A stretch of 64,000 nucleotides of DNA from Candidatus Dojkabacteria bacterium (lineage in GTDB: Bacteria > Patescibacteriota > Dojkabacteria > J137). The DNA is taken from the NCBI GenBank assembly GCA_040006935.1, contig JBDTVZ010000001.1, positions 231,772 through 295,771 of the forward strand, written 5' to 3'. The notes beneath the pieces are model-generated. The model was not told where the DNA came from. It saw only the letters and a program-made list of their open reading frames with translations, and ran no database searches. Within the stretch, counting starts at the first letter, position 1. Each line of letters opens with the position of its first letter. A program made the position numbers and the translations under genes. Below, piece by piece: positions 57,156 through 64,000 of this stretch.

Positions 57156-57986
57156 ATGAACCCAGATTATTCTCCTCAAAACTTGTTGAAAAGCCTGGTT
57201 GATAAATTCTCCAAGAACGAAGAGGTATTCCTAATAGCAACTTTTGGATCCGCAATTAATAATGAAATGGACGATTATTCCGATGTGGATTTAATTATTT
57301 GCTCAAACGATTTAGCAAAAACTTATAGTGAATATCGCACTATTATAGAGTCAATTTCCCCAATTGTTGCAGTTTCACCATTTTATGCAGATAAACCTAA
57401 TGTTATTAGTGAAGTTATTTATCTAAAGAACTATAGTGCATTTCAAAAATTAGACTTAACAGTAATTCCATATCTGGGATATTTGTCAGACTTTAATCCG
57501 AACGTTTTTATAATGTACGAGAATCAAGTAGTTGATAGAACACTAAAAAGAGGAATTGTTAGAAAAAACAAACCAGCGGAAACTTTAGATTCGTGGATGA
57601 CTAACTATATGGGACTGGTTGTGGGTTTTGTGAAAACGTATAAAAGAAAAAATATGGAAATCTACAGATATTGGGATTTAGTTAAGGATGCGATGATTGT
57701 TTTACTCTTTGAGAAATATAATGGATGGAGTAAACAATTCGACAGGCCACGTTTAACTTCCGCTGAATATAAAGATCTATTCTATAGAAAAATTAGCAAA
57801 AGTGAATTCGATTTACTTTCACAAGTCTTGCCTCAAAGTGGGATTTTGGATATTAAGACTAGTTTTATTGTTTCATTCTTCTTATTTACTGAGCTACTAA
57901 GTATAAAATCTAGCTCGTTAAAAGAGTACATAAATTTAGAATTTCTAGACTACATTCGTGGCTTTATGCAAGAAGAGCTCCAGTAA
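57156..57986 (+). CDS. Pol-beta-superfamily nucleotidyltransferase (aminoglycoside/lincosamide adenylyltransferase-like)
   Basis: FGS...MDDYSDVDL motif, KLD, helical C-terminal domain. Confidence 0.7.
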   Translation: MNPDYSPQNLLKSLVDKFSKNEEVFLIATFGSAINNEMDDYSDVDLIICSNDLAKTYSEYRTIIESISPIVAVSPFYADKPNVISEVIYLKNYSAFQKLDLTVIPYLGYLSDFNPNVFIMYENQVVDRTLKRGIVRKNKPAETLDSWMTNYMGLVVGFVKTYKRKNMEIYRYWDLVKDAMIVLLFEKYNGWSKQFDRPRLTSAEYKDLFYRKISKSEFDLLSQVLPQSGILDIKTSFIVSFFLFTELLSIKSSSLKEYINLEFLDYIRGFMQEELQ

Positions 57987-58030
57987 TATATATGACTTTA
58001 CAGCTATAAATCTTAGCGGGTTTACGAGCT

Positions 58031-58052
58031 TTAGATTTATGTTGGCTTTAGC
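58031..58052. repeat. 22-nt dispersed repeat, copy 2 (3' arm of a hairpin)
   Basis: Identical to 26824-26845. Confidence 0.75.
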
Positions 58053-58206
58053 CCACCGCATTTTTTTGTTTTTGGCAGTTTTATACTGCATGAAGTTACC
58101 TTACTCTTTGATCGGGACAATCTCATAGAAGTTACGAAGTAACTCTTGCTGACAAGATGAACATTTATTTTCTCGCAGTGGGAGTTTGAGGGGAAATGTT
58201 TTTGAC

Positions 58207-58277
58207 GTCATTGCGAGCCCGAGTTTAACGAGGGCGTGGCAATGAGGTAAGTTACAGAGTCACGGGATTGCTTCGTC
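58207..58277. repeat. REP-like element GTCATTGCGAG...GGCAAT...GGGATTGCTTCGTC
   Basis: Closely matches the reverse complement of 63142-63222. Confidence 0.8.
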
Positions 58278-58809
58278 ATTTCTTCCCATATTTCTCCCCG
58301 AGTTCCTTTCTAAATTTTGCAAGTTTTGGCGCAATTACAATAGAGCAGTAACCTGCATTAGGATTGTTCTTAAAATAATCTTGATGATAATCTTCTGCTG
58401 GATAGAACTTAGTAAAGTCTGTAACTTCAGTAACAATTGGTTTACTAAATACTTTATCCTCATCAATTGCTTTAATTACTTCTTCAGCATCCTTTTTTTG
58501 TTGATCATTATGATAAAAAATCGCAGATCGATATTGAGTTCCAACATCCGCACCTTGTTGATTCAAAGTTGTAGGATCATGAGTTTTTAAAAATATTTCT
58601 AATAACTCTTTGTAGGTTATCACTGATGGGTCAAATTCAAACTGAGTTGCCTCTGCGTGACCAGTAGAACCGAAAGAGACCTCTTCGTAACTTGGATTTT
58701 CCTTAGTTCCACCAGAATAGCCAGACATAACAGGACCAACACCTTTAACATTCTCAAAAATCTCTTCTGTACACCAAAAACAACCTGAAGCAAAAGTAGC
58801 GGTTTCCAT
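58276..58809 (-). CDS. msrA: Peptide methionine sulfoxide reductase A
   Basis: GCFWC, HDPT, GTQYRSAI, AEDYHQDY. Confidence 0.97.
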   Translation of the reverse strand: METATFASGCFWCTEEIFENVKGVGPVMSGYSGGTKENPSYEEVSFGSTGHAEATQFEFDPSVITYKELLEIFLKTHDPTTLNQQGADVGTQYRSAIFYHNDQQKKDAEEVIKAIDEDKVFSKPIVTEVTDFTKFYPAEDYHQDYFKNNPNAGYCSIVIAPKLAKFRKELGEKYGKK

Positions 58810-58814
58810 ATTTG

Positions 58815-58877
58815 ATAGTTAATAGTTAATAGTTAATAGTTAATAGTTAATAGTTAAAAGTTAAAAGTGAATAGTTA
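58815..58877. repeat. Heptamer tandem repeat (ATAGTTA), 9 units of which 7 are perfect
   Basis: Counted directly. Confidence 0.95.
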
Positions 58878-58978
58878 AGAACTCTTTAATTAGTATAAAT
58901 CTTGATGTCAGGATTGACAATAATAATGATATAATTGTCGCAGTTATCAACTGTTAACTCTTAACTTTTTAACTAGTA

Positions 58979-59052
58979 GCGCCCGTAGCTCAATTGGATA
59001 GAGCACTTGTCTTCGGAACAAGATGTTGGGGGTTCGAGTCCCTCCGGGCGTA
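58979..59052 (+). tRNA. tRNA-Arg(UCG)
   Basis: GCGCCCG/CGGGCGT acceptor stem, CTTGT-CTTCGGA-ACAAG anticodon arm, GGTTCGAGTCC. Confidence 0.95.
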
Positions 59053-59078
59053 TTTAATATAGAACTCTGTAAAATTTT

Positions 59079-59894
59079 ATGAGTAATACTATAAGACCTT
59101 TTTGGGAAACAGAGAATCAGGATCTTTTGTCTGCACTCTCACACCTCTTTAATACAACTCCAGAAAATGCTGAAAAAATTTCAAATGTAATTGGCAAGAC
59201 TTACGAATTTTATAGAATACTAAGAGGAACATTAAATTCTTCAGATAATTTTGAGCAAGACTCTAAGCTAGTTCTCCATATATCTAAAAAAATTCAAAAT
59301 AAACTATTAGAATTTACTTCTAACCCCGAGAAAGAATCTGATATTTTAGATTTAATACAGGAATACTTAGAAGAATTTAAATCAGAAGGTTACGAACCTT
59401 TTGCAAATACAAACATAAATGCGATGACGCAAACTATTATAAATTTCTCTTATTATATGAAAAAAGATATTAAGGATTTTATAAGTGTACTATTCTGGAC
59501 AATTTTAGATAAAACCAAATCACTTAATTATCGGGCTAAAAAGTTTGAAAAGTTTCTTATGGATAACAATATAAGAAGAATTAGATTCGTAGGACCTTTA
59601 GCTTCTGGTACTGTAGAATTATTAATTGTAAATTCTATATTTAGAAATTTACCTGATCAACTAGTGAAATATTTGAAGATACCATCTGGCATTACAGTAG
59701 AATATGATCCTATGGTGTTTATGTCTTCAGACCCAAATTCAAAAAATTATCAAAAAGTAGCACTACCTTCAGACTTAAAAGAAGGAGATGTAATAATAGT
59801 AATAGACGATGGATTTTCACAAAGAAGAGCCAAAGAAATAGAGGCTTATCTTCCAGCGAATGTCCTACTTTATCATACTCTCACTGAGAGATAA
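59079..59894 (+). CDS. Hypothetical protein with PRTase-like C-terminal motif
   Basis: VIIVIDDG. Confidence 0.5.
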   Translation: MSNTIRPFWETENQDLLSALSHLFNTTPENAEKISNVIGKTYEFYRILRGTLNSSDNFEQDSKLVLHISKKIQNKLLEFTSNPEKESDILDLIQEYLEEFKSEGYEPFANTNINAMTQTIINFSYYMKKDIKDFISVLFWTILDKTKSLNYRAKKFEKFLMDNNIRRIRFVGPLASGTVELLIVNSIFRNLPDQLVKYLKIPSGITVEYDPMVFMSSDPNSKNYQKVALPSDLKEGDVIIVIDDGFSQRRAKEIEAYLPANVLLYHTLTER

Positions 59895-59944
59895 TTAATC
59901 TCCTATTCTGGTAAAAACACTTTCCTCTAGTATAATTTGCTTCT

Positions 59945-61381
59945 ATGAAAGACGTCACTTTAAATTTCCTAGATCTAGAAACCACAGGAACAAATCACAA
60001 TAAAGACCGAATTATCGAAGTTTACGTTACTAAAGTGAAAAATAACAAAACTTTAGATACTTTCCACACCTTCATGAATCCAGGGTTTCGGCCAGATTCC
60101 TTTATACTCAACATGACAAATATTGATTATGGCGATTTACAAGCTGCACCTGTATTTGAAGATAAAATGGATGAGCTTTTTGAGTTTCTTGGTGAGGATA
60201 TGTTGGTAGCGCATAATGCTCGGTTTGATTACTCATTTTTGAAAAGTGAATTTAGAAGATACGGAATAGACATAAAAAATAATTATTGCTGCACTGTAAA
60301 ACTTTCTAGGATTTTATATCCTCAATATCAAAAACATAATTTGGACAGTATTATCGAAAGAATAAAATTTGGAGATGGCAAAAGACATCGAGCAGATTAC
60401 GATACAGAAGTTATTAAAAAATTTTTCTACTTAAGTTATGGCGAACATGGGCACGACGCTTTTGAAAATGCATTTAATTTATCTGTAAGAAAAGCTGCAA
60501 TTCCGGACAAGATAATGAATAAAGATTTGTCCAAAATTCCAAATACACCTGGAGTTTATATTTTCTTAGGGAAGGATGGTTTTCCTTTATACATTGGTAA
60601 AAGTATTCATTTAAAAAGTAGAGTAATGGATCACTTATACAACGATGTAAATTACAATAAAGATTTACAAATTAACCAGCAAATGACCGATATTAAAATT
60701 ATCCCAACTGCTGGAGAATTAGGAGCGCTATTAAGAGAATCTGCTTTAATAAAAAAGTATCAACCACTTTACAATAGAGCATTACGAAGAAATGAAAGCA
60801 TGGTTAAATTAAGAAGATTCTTTGATGAGAATGGCTATAGTAGATTAGATGTAGAAAGAGAAACTACTGTGGATACAAATGAACTTGAGGAAGTTGTTGG
60901 AATTTTTGGAAATAAAATATTGGTAAAAACAATGTTACAAGGTTATGTGAAAAAGTACGGACTTTGTCCAAAACTTTTAGGTTTAGAAAAAGGGAAAGGA
61001 GCTTGTTTTGCTTATCAATTAGGACAATGTAATGGTGCGTGTATTGGGAAAGTTCCAGTGAATGAATACAATGATTTATTTAGCAAAGTATTTGGAATGC
61101 ATAAAGTAGATATTTGGCCATTCGATGGTCCAATTGCGATTACAGAAAAAACTGGAGATTTAGAAGAAAAATTACTTTTTGATAAGTGGTGCTTTATTGG
61201 AACAAGCCTAGGAACAAGCGACGAAACTTTGATATCTAAACAAGTTTTTAATTTAGATACATACAATATAATTCGAAAGTTTTTAGAGAAAACTAAAACT
61301 ATTTCGGAGGTAATCACTGATGAGATTGATGAGTTTAAAATTTTGAATTTGAGTATTGATGACGTAAGCATCTCAGTTTAA
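59945..61381 (+). CDS. DEDDh (DnaQ-like) 3'-5' exonuclease fused to GIY-YIG UvrC/Cho-like endonuclease
   Basis: DLETTG, AHNARFD, HRADYD; PGVYIF...LYIGKS...LKSRV; PLYNR; Cys cluster. Confidence 0.9.
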   Translation: MKDVTLNFLDLETTGTNHNKDRIIEVYVTKVKNNKTLDTFHTFMNPGFRPDSFILNMTNIDYGDLQAAPVFEDKMDELFEFLGEDMLVAHNARFDYSFLKSEFRRYGIDIKNNYCCTVKLSRILYPQYQKHNLDSIIERIKFGDGKRHRADYDTEVIKKFFYLSYGEHGHDAFENAFNLSVRKAAIPDKIMNKDLSKIPNTPGVYIFLGKDGFPLYIGKSIHLKSRVMDHLYNDVNYNKDLQINQQMTDIKIIPTAGELGALLRESALIKKYQPLYNRALRRNESMVKLRRFFDENGYSRLDVERETTVDTNELEEVVGIFGNKILVKTMLQGYVKKYGLCPKLLGLEKGKGACFAYQLGQCNGACIGKVPVNEYNDLFSKVFGMHKVDIWPFDGPIAITEKTGDLEEKLLFDKWCFIGTSLGTSDETLISKQVFNLDTYNIIRKFLEKTKTISEVITDEIDEFKILNLSIDDVSISV

Positions 61382-62184
61382 ATACTGTTCCAATCTTTTT
61401 GAATTCTAACGATCTCAGGCAAAAAGGCTTCAAGATCTTTTAAGTATTTATAAAGTTCATCGATGTTTTTAAGTTTCATTACTTCTGTAATGATCAAGGA
61501 GTAATCGACTTTTGATTTAATTTTATTATTACTGATATTATGAGTGAAATCCATTATTTCAAAGCACTTTTCTACTACATCTTTCTCTAAAACCTCTTTT
61601 TGTGCGATCAATGTTCTTGAATACGGATGTGGTTTACGTTCACCGCAAACTGAGGCTATCATTTCATCTATTAATTCTTCAAATATCAAATCGTAAACTG
61701 AACTTTGTGGATATTCTAAAATTTCCGCTTTCCTTAATAAAAAGAAAAGAATATGACTTGCCTCATGTCTAAGATTAACTAAACTTTCATAGTCATCCGC
61801 TTCTAAATTTTCGTAGCTAGGTAATAACATAAAGTTTGTACCATTTTTTTGATTAACAGCCATACCCCTCACACCTGGTGCATCAATATTTTTACCAAAT
61901 TTTTGATTTAACTTTTTGAGCATGTCGTATGGAAGTCTTAAACAGTAAAGTCCTTCGCAAATTTCTACATACTTAACACTATCAATATTTTCTAATATTT
62001 CCTGGATATCAAAGTATTCGGATATTTGAGATAAGAGGTATTTAGAAGGATTATCTCTAAATTCGACTGAAATATTTATATTATTCTCAAAAAGTTTTAT
62101 CGCCTTACTTTTTTCTGTAAAGTCTAAGCTTTGTAATGCATTATAGTAATTATTTGCGACATTTGATAATTCAAAATTCTCCAT
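61378..62184 (-). CDS. Hypothetical protein with HExxH motif
   Basis: LRHEASH...DEMIA. Confidence 0.5.
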   Translation of the reverse strand: MENFELSNVANNYYNALQSLDFTEKSKAIKLFENNINISVEFRDNPSKYLLSQISEYFDIQEILENIDSVKYVEICEGLYCLRLPYDMLKKLNQKFGKNIDAPGVRGMAVNQKNGTNFMLLPSYENLEADDYESLVNLRHEASHILFFLLRKAEILEYPQSSVYDLIFEELIDEMIASVCGERKPHPYSRTLIAQKEVLEKDVVEKCFEIMDFTHNISNNKIKSKVDYSLIITEVMKLKNIDELYKYLKDLEAFLPEIVRIQKDWNSI

Positions 62185-62202
62185 TATTCTACAAGTTGAA
62201 TT

Positions 62203-62583
62203 TTATATAGGCTGATTATCTTCAGATTGATTTTCGTCAGCTAGCATTTTTTTCATTAATGCTTCCATTCTGTCTCCTAATTCTATTGCTTGATCTTGAT
62301 GGGTTTCACGGAATTCACTAATTACCCCTTTAAGTTCCACTTGCATTAAAGTTATATGTAAATCTAATTGAACCTTCTCCTCTTCGGTAGTTGTATCGCT
62401 GTGAAGTTTTTCATTTAAATCGTTTAGTTTCTTAGCAGTTTTTTCTACCTTAATTAAAAGCTCATCCAAGGTCATCTCACCAATATCTCTAGAATTATCT
62501 AAGAGATCCTTTAATGAAACATGTTTAACTGGTCCATTCTCTTCCTGTGGTGTCCCAATTACTTTGTAAGGCTTTTCATCCAT
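62203..62583 (-). CDS. Hypothetical acidic coiled-coil protein
   Basis: 126-aa ORF. Confidence 0.5.
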   Translation of the reverse strand: MDEKPYKVIGTPQEENGPVKHVSLKDLLDNSRDIGEMTLDELLIKVEKTAKKLNDLNEKLHSDTTTEEEKVQLDLHITLMQVELKGVISEFRETHQDQAIELGDRMEALMKKMLADENQSEDNQPI

Positions 62584-62618
62584 AGTAAGTACTTAAGAAA
62601 TATTATTACAATTATATA

Positions 62619-63071
62619 TTAATTACTTTTTCGACTCAACCACCAAGATAAAATCACCAAAACTGTAATTCCAGCAAAAGCCATTAAAGACATCATTGGA
62701 ATTGTTAGGAATCCGAATAGTTTGATATCTATTACTTCACAAGGTAATGCCTCGCTACAAGGAATAAAAGAAATATTTGGAGTTCCAGTTGATTGTATAT
62801 AAACATGATATATCGCGACTAAAATTCCTGGAACACTTAAGATTAGAAACCATGGTGAATTAATTTTCTTTTTAAATAAAATTAATAATGCAGCAATTGG
62901 GAGCAGTGGATACATGAAATATCTTTGTACATAGCAAAGATTACATGGTGGTAAGTTTAAGAAAAACTGAAAGTATAAACTTCCTGCAACAGATGCAAAT
63001 GAAAGTAAGAAGATTATTACGAGATAATCGTCTTTGATAAAGTTGATGAGTTTTGTTTTGTAGTTTTGCAT
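62619..63071 (-). CDS. dsbB: Disulfide bond formation protein B (DsbB/BdbC)
   Basis: PCNLCYVQR, second Cys pair, TIP, 4 TM segments. Confidence 0.9.
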   Translation of the reverse strand: MQNYKTKLINFIKDDYLVIIFLLSFASVAGSLYFQFFLNLPPCNLCYVQRYFMYPLLPIAALLILFKKKINSPWFLILSVPGILVAIYHVYIQSTGTPNISFIPCSEALPCEVIDIKLFGFLTIPMMSLMAFAGITVLVILSWWLSRKSN

Positions 63072-63099
63072 AAGTTTTGTATTTAATAGTTATTTTGTT

Positions 63100-63295
63100 G
63101 TCATTGCGACCGTGCCTGCCGTCAGGCAAGGGGAGTGTAACGACGAAGCAATCCCGTGACTCTTGAACTTACGGGATTGCCACGTCCTCATCCCGATGAA
63201 TCGGGACTCGTCCTCGCAATGAGATCTTAAGCCTCACCCCTGACCCTCTCCTAAAGGAGAGGGTGGTTCGATCCGCCCAAGGCGGAGAGAACCGG
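63100..63295. repeat. Composite nested REP-like cluster
   Basis: GTCATTGCGA, TGCCTGCCGTCAGGCA, TCCCGATGAATCGGGA, CCCTCTCC-TAAA-GGAGAGGG, TCCGCCCAAGGCGGA. Confidence 0.8.
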
Positions 63296-63302
63296 GAGAG
63301 GC

Positions 63303-64000
63303 TTATTCAAATTTCTTAAACAAAATAATCGTCTCATTATTCTTCAAAGCGTTTCTAGCATTTTCACAACTTGTTGGAATAATAGGTTCGTATAAATCTA
63401 TTACTGTACTAATTAAATAGCTTAAATTGTTTAATACTTTTTGTACTTTATCAGAATCTTTTTCAGACCATGGTGCGTTATCTTGAATATATTTATTTCC
63501 GTATTCTGCTAATTGAAATATTTCATCACATGCAAGTTTAATGTCAAAATCAGTATAAAGATTTTCGATTTTCGATTTTCGATTTTCGACTTCTTTTTTA
63601 AATTCTGGTTCTACAAGATCTGCATTATTAATTGACGCTTCTTTCTTATTAGCCAAATGAATAACTCGGTTTAATAAATTTCCAAAGTTATCTGCAAGTT
63701 TTGAGTTAAAGCTTGCTTTCAAGTCAGGTTCTAAATAAGCTGCATCTCCGTAAGTTGGGAGTTCGGACAGCATATAGAATCGAACTGCTTCGTATCCAAA
63801 TTTTTCTAATTGGTCAAATGGGGAAACTACATTTCCAATAGTCTTGCTCATTTTCCTTCCATCTGGTCCTAAAATAGTTCCGTGGCATAAGAACTTTTTG
63901 GAAGGTTCTAATCCTGCAGATAACAACATTCCTTGCCAAATTGCACATTGGAATCTTAAATTATCTGGTCCAAATATTTGAGTAACTGGCCACCATTGTT
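63303..64000 (-). CDS. metG: Methionyl-tRNA synthetase, 3' part (continues beyond window)
   Basis: WWP..Q..GPDNLRF, KMSKTIGN, LADNFGNLLNR, NKYIQDNAPW. Confidence 0.9.
   Translation of the reverse strand, partial: QWWPVTQIFGPDNLRFQCAIWQGMLLSAGLEPSKKFLCHGTILGPDGRKMSKTIGNVVSPFDQLEKFGYEAVRFYMLSELPTYGDAAYLEPDLKASFNSKLADNFGNLLNRVIHLANKKEASINNADLVEPEFKKEVENRKSKIENLYTDFDIKLACDEIFQLAEYGNKYIQDNAPWSEKDSDKVQKVLNNLSYLISTVIDLYEPIIPTSCENARNALKNNETIILFKKFE

Noticed and set aside
26721-58200. Short motif AAGGGAA(A)TGTT(CCA) near 26721 (reverse), 38224, 55895 and 58189
   Set aside because: Short, with inconsistent orientation and context; cannot be distinguished from chance by eye
58815-58877. Possible CRISPR array
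   Set aside because: 7-nt tandem units without spacers; no cas genes and no 25-45-nt repeat-spacer pattern anywhere in the window
56700-59100. Prophage or island integrated at tRNA-Lys or tRNA-Arg
   Set aside because: No integrase and no duplicated tRNA 3' end (att) seen in the window
59945-61381. DnaQ-like exonuclease / GIY-YIG fusion as a novelty
   Set aside because: Already a known, widespread architecture
225-63129. Short ORF-track entries antisense to or overlapping long genes (e.g. 11744-12238, 13679-13939, 33212-33484, 44422-44670, 61015-61371)
   Set aside because: Shadow ORFs of well-supported genes on the other strand or frame; no motifs or independent initiation signals
1-64000. 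Alternative genetic code (TGA = Gly/Trp, as in Gracilibacteria/SR1)
   Set aside because: Very long ORFs are open under code 11, and TGA terminates genes such as msrA and the 3659-aa ORF at natural domain ends

Overview
AT-rich bacterial DNA (standard code; TGA is used as a stop). The gene content, orphan-rich layout and near absence of Shine-Dalgarno motifs suggest a Patescibacteria/CPR genome, possibly Dojkabacteria-like (inference). Two giant exported proteins dominate the window. One is a 2777-aa Sec-signal/M23-like/RHS polymorphic toxin with an upstream membrane-anchored beta-propeller partner and downstream candidate immunity genes. The other is a 3659-aa subtilase-M23-crystallin-PA14 hydrolase/adhesin preceded by a uORF and an intrinsic terminator. 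Also present: an Erm-like methyltransferase and an ABC-F gene, each with a uORF/hairpin attenuator; a P1B-ATPase with an atypical CADD motif; tRNA-Lys(CUU) and tRNA-Arg(UCG); housekeeping genes (xth, ribA, msrA, dsbB, metG, cvfB, dinD); nested REP-like palindromes; a duplicated promoter/operator module bracketing the toxin locus; a twice-occurring covarying hairpin of unknown function; and repeated signatures of leaderless mRNAs. All family calls come from motif recognition by eye, with no database searches.
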